Origin: Octopus sinensis
Lineage: Eukaryota
NCBI RefSeq assembly: GCF_006345805.1
Contig: NC_043001.1
Location: 79,856,001-79,920,000 of the forward strand
DNA: 64,000 nucleotides
Direction of reading: 5' to 3'
This document shows, piece after piece, positions 9,521 to 24,687 of this stretch. The notes under the pieces are model-generated. The model saw nothing but the letters and a program-made list of their open reading frames with translations, was not told where the DNA came from and did no database searches. The position numbers and the translations under genes are program-made. How positions within the stretch are numbered: the first letter of the stretch is position 1; each line of letters begins with the position of its first letter.

Positions 9521-11444
9521 TATAGTAGCATTTGTTTAAAGTGAAATTTAGCCGTCATTTCTTGCGTGTATAGGTACCATGTTGAGGTCTCCTCGTTGTC
9601 TCGTCTACATGCCTCGTCTCTGTATGTATAAAACTTTTGTATTGTTGGTATTGCAGTCGTTGTTATTGATGTTCACCGCTTGGTCAACCTTAATCGACTT
9701 CTGATCAAAGGAATTCTATCTATGGCTAACCAGTTTTATAGAGTTATTTATAATTTCTTTATCTAATATGAACTGTCGTTAAGTAATACAATGATTTCAG
9801 GAAAATTCGGTTGCTATTTCCAGCAAATCGACCGACCATGTTGAAACTCACTGTACTGCAAATGATATGTATCAAACTACTGCTTATATGCTTTATTTGA
9901 ACATAAGACTTTTGGTAATTCTTATAAAAACATTATTTAAAAGACATAACGTCCATCTCACGTAACCGTGATATTCAGTGGATTTTTCTGGTGCGAGTTG
10001 TGAATTTGAAGCAAGATCGCCATGATATAAGCTTGTAGAGCAGATGCATCCTTAAAGAAAGCCATCCTTTGTTTCTGTAATTGTGGTAATGATATCAAGA
10101 ATATGTTTATCTGGAATTCATACTGATTAGCACCATATCATCTTTATTTAAATAAAACGGAAGAGAAATAACTTAAAATAACTTAAAGGACCAGTGATGC
10201 GTATACAAAAAAGACAGACTAATACAGGCATATAAATAAATATTTGATTCAAAATTATCTCCGCTTCTATGCTTACCGAATGGCAATTAAAAATAGCTCC
10301 ACTTGAAGAGGGGAGACAATCTAAAGATTCAAGAATACTAAAAATTTGATCAGCTATTAAGTCATCAGAAGGGCATTTGTTCGAATTTATTTCCAATGGT
10401 TAAGAGATTATCTCCCTTTCTCGACATGGGCTAGTCGTAATTGCAGCTTGATAAATATATTACATACTTCAGAGACAGAGATAATTGTAATAAATCAAGA
10501 ATTTTTGCATGGCATTTCATATTCCAGTATTTGTGTAATGTAATTCAACGAACCAATAAACAAATATCCATCAGTCTTGACCCCTGAAGACTTGACTTCC
10601 AAACTTTGACTATGAAGGATTGACCACTAAGCATTATTGTAAATCTTAGACTAGATTCTCTTGTAGCTCCTTCTCTGATTTTAAACAGCATGGTGTGATT
10701 TGTGAAAATGGTTGCTTAGAATAATTAACTGTAGATTTATTTATATCATGCAAATATTAGGTATTCTAATCGACATTGTGTCCTACTATTTAATTAACTA
10801 TGCAGGCAAATAGCATATTATATGCAAATCAAGAATTGTATTGATGTTATTTCCTTATAATTTGCTCTTTTATATAATGATTTAAACTTCTATATCTGAT
10901 GGTGGATGATTAATTAGAGTGCGTTGTCTCTGATGAGTGTTCATATCCAAAACAGATTTATAAGACGATTCCCTGGTACTTTTATGTTTAGTTCCCTGGT
11001 ACGGTTCTGTTTAGAGAAGACAATGCCAAAAACGATGTGTTTGGATTTGTTTGGAAACTCCACATTCAAAATTCCTTCTAGTAAATACTAGTAGATATTT
11101 ATACAAGCATACGATGTTTCCACTTCTGATCACTGTTATTAAAAGGTGGATAATCAGTACATCATAATGAGTGAGGATTAGAAAATTGAAATTAAGGAAT
11201 TCGAAAAGTGAGGTGCATAAAATTCTCATATCTATTTGTATGTTTGTTTTTTAACTCACAACAAATTTCTTGAATTGCTATTCGTTGATATTCATGTATA
11301 GCACTATCTGGATAATACATGTTTAAGGAATATATGCAGAAAGATGGATAGACAGGTAGGTAGGTAGGTTAGTAGGTAGACACATACATACATACGTAGA
11401 CATATACATTCATACGTACGTACATACATACATACATACATACA

Positions 11445-11478
<34 letters not shown>

Positions 11479-12284
11479 CATACATACATATATACATACA
11501 TACATATATACATACATACATACATACATATATACATACATACATACGTACATGCTCGCACGGCAGTTTATTGATCAAAATAGCTCTTTTCTTTCTTGAA
11601 TGAAATAGATTGATCAAGTACGCAGATGGGTGTAACCATATTAGAATATAAGTAAACAGCATATGTTCAACAACGAACTATTTTTTTCCTCGCGGCTTAA
11701 TCCAAAATAGACGAAAACACTACTTTAACAGTAGTCGAGTAAAAGAATACACCAATACAATGCCATGCCTTTTAGGCAAAAGAAGTACAAGAAATTAATT
11801 ATATTCTTCACAATTTTTTCGTGTAATGAGGTGATCCATTTTCTGTTTCTGTAACTATACTATGATTATATGATTATATACATTAAAGAAGACTCTTAGT
11901 TTTAATTGCAAACGCTCTTCTGATCTGATTTCCGTAACTACATAAATACAACACAACAATTGTAATTCTAGTGAAGAACTGCATCAAAATTGGCGGCAAG
12001 ACGTCTGTATATTTCCATATATTTGATGAACATCTTCATATCTTTAAAGGAATGTGTGATGGCAACAGAGAAGCAATATGTGTGCATCCAACAGGATATA
12101 CTGGATTTTAAAACTAAAAAAATACAGAACGTCTGAAGAAAACATGGTCGCAGAATACATCCTGGGACCCATGCTTAAAACATGATTTACATTACAATGA
12201 CAGTTTTCGAAATACTGCTTACTTAAATATTTTTCTGCTTACATTTGTATTAACTAGCAACAAAATCATGTATTATTATTATTA

Positions 12285-12345
<61 letters not shown>

Positions 12346-12346
<1 letters not shown>

Positions 12347-12928
12347 GAGTGAGAGATTAGTACATGCCATCAAAGTGACACTAGGATAAAATATACGGAG
12401 CCCAGTATAACCATCAAATCTACTCGTCTCATAAGGGTACACTAGGCACGTGCATCACAGCCAAATGTGCACAACATAGTGAATTATATTAAGATAAATA
12501 GCGCATGACGTTGCAGATAAGGCGCGGTTAGAATTTTCTTCAGGTCGTGTAAGCCCCTCCTGCTCGAGTAGCACCTTCTGCTCATGTAGCCCATCCTGTT
12601 CAAGTAGCCCATCCTGAATAAGGGTTGTTTCAGGATGTTGAACGAAACACCCATGTTTCCAGAGGAGAATTATTCAAACCCTAAAGAATTCAACTCAATA
12701 CATAGTTATGATGCTCTCCCATTATTTCTGCTCGTGATCAGAGATGCGCATATCGTCAGCCACTAAGGGATATGCTCAACTGGTTAAAGTCAAGCAACTG
12801 ACAAACCAGCAGAATATTTGATATAGCACCAGTTTTGCACCAAGACAAACTATGTACACGGTAACACAAGCAATCACTTAACATCAAAAGCCATGAAGGC
12901 CAGTTCCAAGTACTGCATCAGGGCATTT
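12346..12928 (+). mobile_element. ~580-bp non-coding repeat inserted in (ATT)n
   Basis: Homologous to 53008-53807 (-) and to a deleted copy at 13320-13425; (ATT)n on both sides. Confidence 0.8.
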
Positions 12929-12945
12929 ATTATTAATATTATTAT

Positions 12946-13135
12946 TAAGACAGCGAATTAGCAGAATCGTTAGCACGCCGGGCGCTACGTTCTGAGTTCA
13001 AATTCCACCGAGGTCGACTTTGCCTTTCATCATTTCAGGGTCGATCAATTAATTATCAGTCAAGTACTGAGGTCGGTGTAACCAACTAGACTTCTTCCCT
13101 AAAATTTCAGGCCCTGTGCCTATGGTAGAAAGGAT
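12946..13135 (+). mobile_element. SINE (dominant family)
   Basis: gcagaatcgttagcacgccggg...gaggtcgactttgcctttcatc. Confidence 0.8.
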
Positions 13136-13210
13136 TATTATTATTATTATTATTATATTATTATTATATTATTATTATTATTATTATTGTTATTATTATT
13201 GTTATTATTA

Positions 13211-13319
<109 letters not shown>

Positions 13320-14468
13320 TGTGAGAGCAGTGCATGCCATCAAAGTGACACTGGGGTGCGCATGACTGTGCAGGTGGAGTCCAGTTACAATTCTTTTCAA
13401 GCTGAGTAGCCCATCCTGCTCAAAATGTCAGAGATTCGTTAATAAGAAATAGGCACACACATGCATTCATATACACATTGAGGTACACAGCTCGGTGTGT
13501 GTGTGCTTGCTCTTGTGTGTGTGTATATATATATATACATACATACATACGTACATACATACATACACTCATACATACATACACTCCAGCATGGCCGTTG
13601 TCAAATGACTAAAACAAGTTAAAGAATATATGTATGTATAATGATGTTTCATCTTTCTTTTTCTAGAGAGGCCACTTGCTAGAGAAACCATTAAAATTCA
13701 GTAGAAGTAACGGAGTGACTCAAGGTCCGACAGTGCGTTGGAACTTTATCGAACCAGTCACTGGTGGAAGGCATGTGAGTTTAAATAGTTGGTGATAAAT
13801 TTCTCTCTGGATTGTTCTAGAACGAATCATAATAATATCACGTGGATAACTCAAATAATTGGCCCTTATGTCGTTCAGTAAGCAAATATATATTTTTCCT
13901 GTTTGCATCAACACACACACACACGCACACACGCACACCCGCGCACACACAATCACACACACACAGTCACACAAACATACATACATATATATTATCTCTA
14001 ATATAAATAGGACATGGGCGATTGTTGTATTCTTTATCATCTTGAGGTTCACAGCCAAACGGCAGGGTGGATTCGCATAAAAAAATGACACACATATGGA
14101 GACAGGTACATAGATTCGAATGTGGTTTGTGTTTTTTCCTAGCCCCCATAGTTACCGAGAAAATCAATTAAAACTTTTTCAAATGGAATTCCCCTGTTTG
14201 TTCCGCCATTTCAAAAATTTGGCATAATCTTTTCCATAAATCAACTATCGTAAAAATACGCACACATGTCCATTTCATATATCTTCTTTCATCTTCTGCT
14301 CTCTGAAGATAACTTTTTTACGGACACAACTGCTTACAAATACAGAGATTAATGTATCATTTCTATGTTCATAATTAAATCAATGCTTTAATGATTAGAC
14401 AGAGGTCCAATAGAATAGCTCTCAGAAACAGACTACGTACAAATTTGTTCTTCACAACTCCTGCAGCT

Positions 14469-16007
14469 GTTTCGCGTTCAGCTTTTCAAAGTTCCTACAT
14501 CGTTATGTTTACGTTGAGAAGTGTGAAGATGAGTTCCAGATAAGGGGAGGTAATAAGTGATTTCTTCCGGTGTAAGGGAGATAATCGCTTAATATTTCTT
14601 GCCTTTTTTTGGAGTGAGCTTCTCTCTATAAGAATGTTGGAATGGTTAAGTTTGGGCTTGTATTTTTCAATGAAGAATGTTTCCTTGTTTAGTCTAATTT
14701 GTGTTGGCGTTCCGATAGTACATTGGTAAAATGGAAAGATTAAAAATTGTAGTAGTAGTTGCTTTGCGCATTTCTCAATGTGCTCACTAAAGGGTATCAT
14801 TCTGTATTCTGGGAATGCAATCTGTTGTCGATGCAGTGTGCATCTACGTCGGAGTGATAGTCCCGTGGACACCACGTAGTTTTAGTGGCAGCCCGAGCAT
14901 CTTATGACATAAATTATGTTTTCAGAGGCACAAGTAAAATTAGATTTGATCTTGAATTTCTGTCTCTCTTTGAATAGGAATTCTGATCCTTCTAGCAGGT
15001 TTGGACATGTTGCACCGTTCGGTCTACCACATTTTTTTTACTTTTGCATCCGTAATTTCAGAAAACAATTTTGCCTTTGTGAGAATCTTTTTCAGTGATT
15101 TAGGTTGTTTGTAGCTTTTAATGATTTGGTGTATGTTTAGAATTTCCTTTAATTTGGGGTCCTTATGAAATATTGGTAAATTCTGGGTGATGATGGTGAA
15201 GGCTTCTTTGTTTCTGGGGTTGTATGTGGATATGTAAGGTAGTATTTTTGGGGAAGTTGTGTTGTTGTGTTGAACTTTTCTCAAAGTTTCTATGTTGATT
15301 TCTGTTGCACGTCTGATCCCATCCTCTATGAGTTGAGCTGGGTAATGTCTGTCAATTAGGGTGTTTTTGAGTTCTTGCAGTCTAAAGTTCCTGGTATTTT
15401 GTTCTGACACTATTGTGCATATCCTTCTTGCAAGGTTGAAGGGGATGTTTGTTTTAATGTGTCTTGGGTGGCATGAATCAAAAAGTAGGTATTGTTCGGC
15501 GTCTGTGGCTTTGTAAAAAATGTCTGTTTCTATTTTAAGGTTAAGGGCAGCACCAGTCATTACGAACCTAACAATGGGCTACCTGGAAATAATCATTTAT
15601 CAGGAATCTTTATCAATCTTTGGAAACCCCCTCTCTCAATACATAAAAGAGAATAGGAAACGATTCCTGGACGATTGTTTTATACTCTGGAATGAAAACA
15701 CAGATAAACTGCTAAAATTCAAAAACCTATTGAACAGCATAAACCCAAATATACAGTTCACAATGGAATACAACCAAAACGAACTTCCATTCTTGGATAT
15801 ACTAATTAAAAAATTAGGCCCAAACTTAACCATTCCAACATTCTTATACAGAGAAACTCACTCCAAAAAAAAGGCAAGAAATATTAAGCGATTATCTCCC
15901 TTACACCGGAAGAAATCACTTATTACCTCCCCTTATCTGGAACTCATCTTCACACTTCTCAACGTAAACATAACGATGTAGGAAATTTGAAAAGCTGAAC
16001 GCGAAAC
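14469..16007 (-). mobile_element. Penelope-like element remnant: RT C-terminus + GIY-YIG endonuclease, internal inversion, inverted terminal repeat
   Basis: RFLDDCF and LPFLDILI (15541-15817, +); TDIFYKATD...SCHPRHIK (-); NIIYVIRCSGC...TG..LRRR..LH GIY-YIG (-); 14469-14657 is the reverse complement of 15818-16007. Confidence 0.9.
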
Positions 16008-16134
16008 CGGTCATTTCTTCAAAAACTATGTCATTGTATGAAAAAAATTTATAACATTCTTCAGACATAATGACTTAAATATATTTTTTTTAACCTTTTT
16101 AAAACAAGCCTTCTGTAGTTTTTTCACTTTTTAC

Positions 16135-16225
<91 letters not shown>

Positions 16226-16480
16226 AGTGCGTGTATGTATACATATATAGATGTATACATGTATGTTTGTATGTATGTCTGCGTGTTTTTTGTAGCTTTA
16301 TGAATCTATATATAGATCGACCTGGTTGAATAAGTCTAACCGTGATTACACTCGACATTTTTTTTCTCGCCTTAAATACGTATGCAACTTCAAAATCCAA
16401 CGTATTCAGAGATTTAGCAGAGATTTGGCAGATATTTCAAGCAGGTTAACCCCTGTGTTAGCTGAGACACTGAAACACTT

Positions 16481-16512
<32 letters not shown>

Positions 16513-16654
16513 TGTTGTTATTGTTGTTGTTTTGCCCCAGGTCGGCATTGATTGTGAAAACCAATGACCAAAGGAATGCGTACAATTACCTTCTCCTCTT
16601 TTCAGCTATCGAATACTGCATTATGTAATGGACTATTAGACTATTACAGTGCAG

Positions 16655-17700
16655 TTGATGGTGGTGGTGGTGGTGGTAGAAATGGTCTGGTGGTGGTGGT
16701 GGTAGAAATGGTTTGGAGGTGGTGTTGAGGTTGCCGTTGTTGTTGTTGGTGGTGGTGGTGTTAGTGGCGGGATTGTTAATGGTGATGTCGTTGGTGAGAA
16801 AATTGGGGTATCAGCTGTGTGATGACGGTGACGGGGATTACGACACTGTTGCATGTGGGGTAATTCCCATGGGAGTGGTAGGAGGTGCTGGTAGCGATGA
16901 AAGGTAGTGGAGGGAGCAGTGGTTGTGATGGAAGTGATGGTGATGGTAGTGTTGGTGACGGTAGTGGTGGTGGTGATGGTGGTCGTCGTCGTCCGACAGT
17001 GATGGTGATGACCATACTGGAGTGGTAATTACTTGCACTGGTAATTACCATGGTGGCAACGGCAGCGGTGAGGGGGTGGCGATGGCGATGGAGAAGACTA
17101 TGTTGGTGCTGGTGTTGGCAGTGACCATTGTCTAGTGGGTAGTAAAGGCGATACCGACGGTAGTGGTGTTGTATAAACGATAACGGTGATGGTGATGATG
17201 ATGATGATACAGGTGCTTGTGCAGGTTGTTCCAATAGAAGGGCGCCTGGTGGTGGCAGTGGCGGTGATATGCTGGTGATACTTTGGTGGAGTCGATAATG
17301 ACGATAGCATTCATGGGGTAGTGCTGTGATTGTGATTATAATGGCGATGGTGATGATGACATTTGTATTTTTTTGTAGCAGGTCTCATTGTGGTGGTGGT
17401 GGTGGTGGTGTGGAGGTACTATTGTTGTTGCTGTTGTTATTGTCGATGATGGTTGTGGTGGATGTGGTGCTGGTGGTAATGATGACAATGGTAGTACTGA
17501 TGGTAGTGTTGAAGATGGTGATGATGGTGGTGATTGTGGGTGGTGGCGCGGTTGGCGGTGGTGTTGCTATTGGCAGCGGCAGTGGTGGCAGCGTCGGCAG
17601 CGGTGGCGATAGTGATGATAGGTATAGGCTATGAAAATGATGGTGTTGGTGTTGCTGTTGACGTTGTTATTGCCGCTGCTGTTCTCGTTGTTGTTGTCTT
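16655..17700. repeat. Degenerate (GGT/GAT)n low-complexity tract
   Basis: Imperfect trinucleotide repeats throughout. Confidence 0.85.
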
Positions 17701-17999
17701 CTTCTTCCAATCAGGACTCACGCCATTAGCCACAAAGATTAATCTCTAATTCGAGCCTACTCTAAGCTACTAAGAATGCGTGTGGCAATTTGAAGATCCA
17801 CCCACCACACGCGATAGACTGGCGGTTGCACGGGCGCGAAATCTACGTTGTTATCTTCAATCCGTAAACGGTGGTTTTTAACGGGTGGAGAGCTGAACCA
17901 TCCTGGGGTACAGAGGATTTGCAATCTAGACTAGGGTCTAAAAGTTTACCACACCATAGTGGGTTACACTATGGTTCCTCTGCTTTGTGGCAAAAGTAG

Positions 18000-18186
18000 G
18001 AAGAAAGAGAGAGAAAAAGTTGTAGTGAAAGAGTACAGCGGGGTTCACCATCCTCCCCCGCCGGAGCCTCGTCGAGTTTAGGTGTTTTTGCTCAATAAAC
18101 ATTCACAATGCCCGGTCTGAGAATCGAAACCGCGTTCTTATGACCGCGAGTCCGCTGCCCTAACCACTGGGCCATTGCGCCTCCAC
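18000..18186 (-). mobile_element. tRNA-derived SINE 5' part (same family as 4164)
   Basis: Minus strand reads gtggaggcgcaatggcccagtggttagggcagcggactcgcgg. Confidence 0.8.
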
Positions 18187-18679
18187 TGTTGTTGTTGTTA
18201 AGGTGCTTCAGACAATCTACGACCGAGCAAGCCTATAATCATAAACATTCTAGCCAAGTTCATCTCACCTTTTACGCATTCCAGCAAACAGGAAACCCAG
18301 GGAAATAATATCCAAAGACGGTTAGAGCGAAATTTGTAGATGATCTGAGTAATTTGACTGCTATATCTTGCGAATCAAACGTTTGCGTAGTATCTGCATA
18401 GATGTTCCATCGTTGGCTCATTCTACTGGTGGTGATAGTGGTGGTGGAAGTGTCGATGGTGGTTGTGGCAGCAGTGGTGGTGGTGGTGGCGGTGGTGGTG
18501 GTGGTGGTGGTGGTGGTGGTCAGGAGAGAAGATGTTCTGCACAGGACTACTAATTTAATGAGAGCAGGTGCTTCTGTCAGTCTCTATGAAACATTAAATG
18601 AATCCTCTTCCACTTCCAAGCCTACGCCTTGCACCATCATTTCCATCTGATGCTGTATGTGTCCATGTTTGAATATGTG

Positions 18680-18704
18680 CGTGCGTGTGTAAGTGTGTGT
18701 GTGT

Positions 18705-18739
<35 letters not shown>

Positions 18740-18860
18740 GGAGATGGGCAGTCAGTCAGACAGACAGACAGCGAGAGAGCGTTTGTGCGTGTTTCTACGT
18801 AGCTCTGCTAACGTATAAGAACGTGTGTGTGTATAAATCCCTTGCGAAATATGTAACTCC

Positions 18861-18905
<45 letters not shown>

Positions 18906-19024
18906 GCGCGAATATACGTGTTGCCCACGTGTTCAGTATTAGATTGTGTGTATATTTTGTGCATTTTCTTACCGATGGATTACTCTATATTCACGCAAAT
19001 AATATATGCTACCTGTATATATAT

Positions 19025-19080
<56 letters not shown>

Positions 19081-19084
19081 TATG

Positions 19085-19149
<65 letters not shown>

Positions 19150-19973
19150 CTATATATATATGTATATATATATATATACTTATATATATATATATATATA
19201 TATATACAATTGTGAAAAGAGAGGTATAAGAGTTCAATCGTGAATGCTTGTGTTTGTGAACTCGTGCATATGTCGTTTGCACGTAAATACATACATACAT
19301 GCACACATATATACATACATGCATGCAAGCATATATACATACATGTTAATAATTGCATGCATATATATATATATATATACTTATATATATATGTATATAT
19401 ATAGACATATATATATATTTACACATATATATACATATATATATATATAGGTATATATGTGTGTGTGTATGTGCATATATGTCTATATATTTATATCTAC
19501 TTTTCCCTATCTATCTTTTTTTCTCTCTCTCCCCTCACATATCACACACATACTTATACACACACACATACTTACACACACACACACTTACACATACACA
19601 CACACATATATATATATATGTATGAAAAATATATATTATATGTCTATATATATACACAGATATGTACATCTACATATTTGAATATATTTATATAGATATA
19701 CACTGATGCATATTTTATATGTAACATTCACATTATATACTTAAAAGTCATTTTACTATATTCAGTAATATGCTAATACTTTAAATTACTTCCAACAGAC
19801 ACGTACACATACACATTCACACGCCTCCCCGCCCTCCCACTATACAAATGAACCTACACATATATGTATGTGTCTGTATGTAAGAGAATATAGTAAATTT
19901 TATAGGCACTTGTGTATATAGACACTTGTGTATATTGGTGCCTATTTTCAATCAACGCTATCTAAAAGTTTAC

Positions 19974-20026
<53 letters not shown>

Positions 20027-20701
20027 TACTTGCTCTTTCTTTCTCTTCTTGGTCGCTCTCTCACTCACTCTATCTCACTGTACATGTGTATATATGTGTG
20101 TGCGTATGTGAATGAGAGTGTGTACACACACATACATATGCATACACACACACATATATGTATGTATGTATGTGTGTATGTATGTATGTATAAGCATCTT
20201 CATACATACCCACGTGCATATATGCATACGTGCGTTGATATATGCTTTCCTGCATACATACATACATACATACATACCATTCATCCTTGGTCATCTATCT
20301 ATTTATATGTATGAGTGTCAACCTTACGTGTGTGTTTTTGTATGTGTGTGTATATACATATGTGTACGTGTGTGTGTTTAAATATGTCAGTATTACTGTT
20401 TAATGAATACATACATATATAGACATTCTTTTATGATTGTGTATGTGAATGCTTTACAATATAACTTTGTAAATGTATATATATTATGGAGAGGGTGTGG
20501 CGGAGGAGAAAGAATGAAGAGGAAGAGTAGACGAAAGAAGGGGAGAAAGAAGAAAAGGAAGGAGAGGAAGTAAGTAGAATAGGAAAAGATGAAGACAAAG
20601 AGTCGGGAGAGGAAAAAAGAATTGAAGGTGAATGATTGTAGTATTGATGGTGGTATTGGAGGCGATGGTTGTGGTTGTGACGCTGGTGGTCATGGTGAGG
20701 G

Positions 20702-20786
<85 letters not shown>

Positions 20787-20830
20787 CGAAGACGACGAGG
20801 ATGATGATGATGATGATGATGTTCGTGATC
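18680..20830. repeat. Compound microsatellite field (GT, GA, TA, CT, GAT)
   Basis: Direct inspection; (GAT)n at 20701-20783. Confidence 0.9.
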
Positions 20831-21565
20831 ATGATGATGAACGCGTGGACGATCCGTAGAACCAAAGGACTAATCATTTAAATGAGTGACTAGGCGGAGG
20901 CGTTTAGCGGAAGTGGATAATTTATGAGGAAGTCGTCACAATGGTCGGGTTGAGGAATTAACAAAGAAATGGTTCGAATCGAAGATAACTCTGAATTATT
21001 AAATTCCCCAATAATAGCAGTTGAAGAAAACATGGAATGTGATAACGATGTCGGAAGAAGTAATATTGTAGAATATTGTGGGAAAATGGTAGTTACCATA
21101 AATTCTTCGAGGTTGTATTGAATGTATTAGAAACGAATATTCCTTGAAAGACTAAAATCTTGCAGAGATATTTGTTTTACCTTTGCGAAGTATTGATTTT
21201 ACTGTTTCAAAGTATCGAATTATCACGTCAGTCGTGCCAATGAAAGAATCGCTTCATGGTAGCTTACTTTGCTTCAATGAATAGGCAAATCTCCTGAAAT
21301 TGTAAACCTACTTAAAAAGTTGAAGTACAAAGCGGTCACAAGAAGTAGGAATGGTCATGGCTGGAATTCATTTGATCATAAGTTTGGCATGAAGCGAAAC
21401 AAGGACAATATCTTGATCCTATTTATGCACATACATGTGTTGCAACTTGTTGTACATTTTGGATGATATTGTACAAGGTTGTCACAAGGAGGAGGAATGG
21501 TCACGACCGGAATTCATCTGATCATAGGTTTGACATGGAGCTAAACAAGAACATATTTTGATCCT

Positions 21566-22126
21566 ATCCTGAAAGTTCGTGCCGATTTTTAAAGGAAAGA
21601 AAAAGGTCAATAAATGCTTGCCGCTACATTTTTAATCCATCAAATATGAAACATTTTGTTGCACAATGCATCTCCATCTTTCCTTTAACTTGAAAATACC
21701 CTCTTCCCAGAATTGAGGTGGTTTCATGGCAAAAAATTCATCAAGCTATCATTTTAGGTCATCCAAGGAATTGAAATTTTTCCTATTAAGACTATTCTGC
21801 AGAGACTTGAATAAGTGGAAATCCGAAGGAGCAATATCTAGCGAATATAGAGGGTGGGGTATCACATCCCAGGCGAGTTTCATCAATTTTTGTCTGGTTC
21901 TCAAAACATCAAGTGTCGAAAATGAACATCCTTATCTTCCATTTTAAAGGGTTACAGAATTAACAAAGGTTATAGGAACATAAACCTTCTTCCACGAAAA
22001 GATAGCTTAAACTGTGCTCTAAATGGAAGTGTAGTCAAATCCTATTTTAAGGACTCAACCATGTTCTAAAATATGTCGAAAGTTAAGCTACTATAAATCG
22101 GCACGAACTTTCGGGACAACCCAATA
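21566..22126 (-). mobile_element. Internally deleted mariner transposon
   Basis: TIR gaaagttcgtgccgattt / aaatcggcacgaactttcgggacaacccaaTA; minus strand encodes MEDKDVHFRH fused to LAWDVIPHPLYSLDIAPSDFHLFKSLQN (YSPDLAPSD-type motif). Confidence 0.9.
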
Positions 22127-22145
22127 TTATTAATAGATCGATTAA

Positions 22146-22367
22146 TACCTATTTCTTTACTACCCACAAGAGGACAAACAAGGACAGACAAACGGATTTA
22201 GTCGATTATATCGACCCCAGTGCGTAACTGGTACTTATTTAATCGACTCCGAAAGGATGAAAGGCAAAGTCGACCTCGGCGGAATTTGCACTCAGAACGT
22301 AACGGCAGATGAAATACCGCTAAGCATTTCGCCCTGCGTGCTAACGTTTCTGCGAGTTTGCTGCCTT
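22146..22367 (-). mobile_element. SINE (dominant family)
   Basis: Head-to-tail match to 53510-53741. Confidence 0.85.
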
Positions 22368-23682
22368 AGAAGCAGAAGAATATTGATACCGATTTTATGA
22401 ATATCTATAAAATTTCTTCAACCACAGCAAGGAAACCTGATCAAATTCTTTGAAGAGAACCGCAAATTGATTATGTTACAAGCTAAAAATTAAAATCAGG
22501 TTTAATTTTACTTATTTGTGTATCTGTTGCGTTTTAAAGTATAATATTCGAACTTTCAGCATTTAAGATTTCTAATTTAAAATATAAATTTTCTTCCATA
22601 GAATATATACATTCGCAATTATAAAAAGCAATTTTCTAGTATTATATATTTAATCACATACATAAACGAGCAACGAATATTTACAAAGTATAAAAGTGGT
22701 AGTACTGTTTTATAGCCCACTAAGATTTCAAAAGAAACATGCTCTCTCACTTACACTCTCCTCCGTCTTTCTATCTGTCTGCCTCTGTCTCTCTCCATTT
22801 CTTTCGTTATTACGTGAACAATTTTCTTCTATAGTAAGTATACAATATTCGTTATTAACAAGTTAAGTTTGTTTATTCGAGTTAAAAGGGCCAATTACAG
22901 AGGACATGACCTTCCTCAGAACATATGCCCCGCGCAACCTTTCACTTAACCAGAGGCGAAGATGTCACCGAGGACATACGACAGACATATATTCATATAG
23001 ATTCTTGCGCGAGGATATGAATAAAAACGTTGATATTTACATAGATGTATTCATATATATGTGTGTGTGTCTGTGTCTGTGTCAGTATGTGTACATATAT
23101 ATACATACATACATATATGTATGTATGTATATATATATAATATATATATATATATATGTATGTATATATATATATATACATATATGTATGTATATATATA
23201 TATATATATATAAATATGTATATATGTATATATATATACGAGTGCGTCTGTGTCAGTATGTATACACACACACACAGATATATATATACGTGCTTGTATG
23301 TGTGAGTGAGTTTGTGTATTTCTGTGTATATGACCGTGTGTACCTACCTGAGTGTGGGTTCTGTTTGTAAATAGCTGTACTGAAAAGAGTATTCAATTCA
23401 TGCAGTAGAGTAAATTTCTTCAATAATATTAAAGTTCACTACTTTTCCAACATTTGATTTTTCGCGCCGGAAATCCGTTCATCAGACAGCATATAGAAGG
23501 AGGAAATTTTGAAAATGTTAACGGAATTATCGTTGGCATTATATGCCCAAAGAAACATCAAGAAATGGAAACATACTCAAGTTCAGCAAAACTCATACAC
23601 ACACAGGAACGCACGTGTTTAAAGAGACACGCATGCTCCTACAGACACGTATATGCATCACGATATGTGTGTGTGTGTGTGT

Positions 23683-23732
<50 letters not shown>

Positions 23733-23860
23733 ATATATAATATATATATATATAAATATGTATATATATATATAATATATATATAATCCATTTTGTATAA
23801 GCTATTATGAGTTCTAGGCCATATAATTGACTATGTATATGTGGATGCGTAGAGCGACTA

Positions 23861-23906
<46 letters not shown>

Positions 23907-24035
23907 TATATGCACATATATTCATATATATACATATATATACATACATGTATATGACATACCCACACACATATATATATGATATATTTATGTAGATATA
24001 TGTATATATATATATATATCGATAGATGGATAAAC

Positions 24036-24129
<94 letters not shown>

Positions 24130-24653
24130 ACAGATGCATGCATACATACATACATACATACGTACATACATACATCGTAATATACCTTCATACGTACTTA
24201 CATATACAATTATCTACATACATTCACACAAACACACACGCCTGCGCGCCACCATACATATTCACCTCCAAGCAAAGTTGCTCTAATGACCTGAAATTCT
24301 CTCTCTTGTTCCTTGTTAACATAGTTCAAAACATCTCATAGAAATTGACTCAATATTTAGTCATTAGTAGATTTAAATGCTTCATTTAGCCCAATAATCT
24401 TCCATTGTAATTTTATATTTTATGTTTGTTTGTTTTAGAGACTTATAAATCCATTGTCTCCATCTTTGATTTTCTATTTTGTCTGTGCGATCATTTTTTT
24501 CAAAACTGACTTCGCCATTTTGATTTTCTTCTCTTCTTTTTCTATCCAACGTTAATCATTTGATTTTCATGTCTCATATTTTTACGACTTGTTATTATTT
24601 TCTTAGTTACATATATATGATTTTTGCCACTGTTCAGATTCTATGTATGTATG

Positions 24654-24687
<34 letters not shown>

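Noticed and set aside
10926-10966. Hammerhead-like gtct-CTGATGA...aAAAC...agac
   Set aside because: G12 missing, stems II and III poor; at most a decayed relic
14063-14300. Possible Tc1-like end (CAGGGTG)
   Set aside because: No TA target site or partner TIR found
16636-20877. His/Pro/Gly/Asp-rich and YI-repeat ORFs
   Set aside because: Translations of microsatellites, open in many frames on both strands
23450-23492. CTGATGA...GAAA on the minus strand
   Set aside because: No stem I complement or stem III
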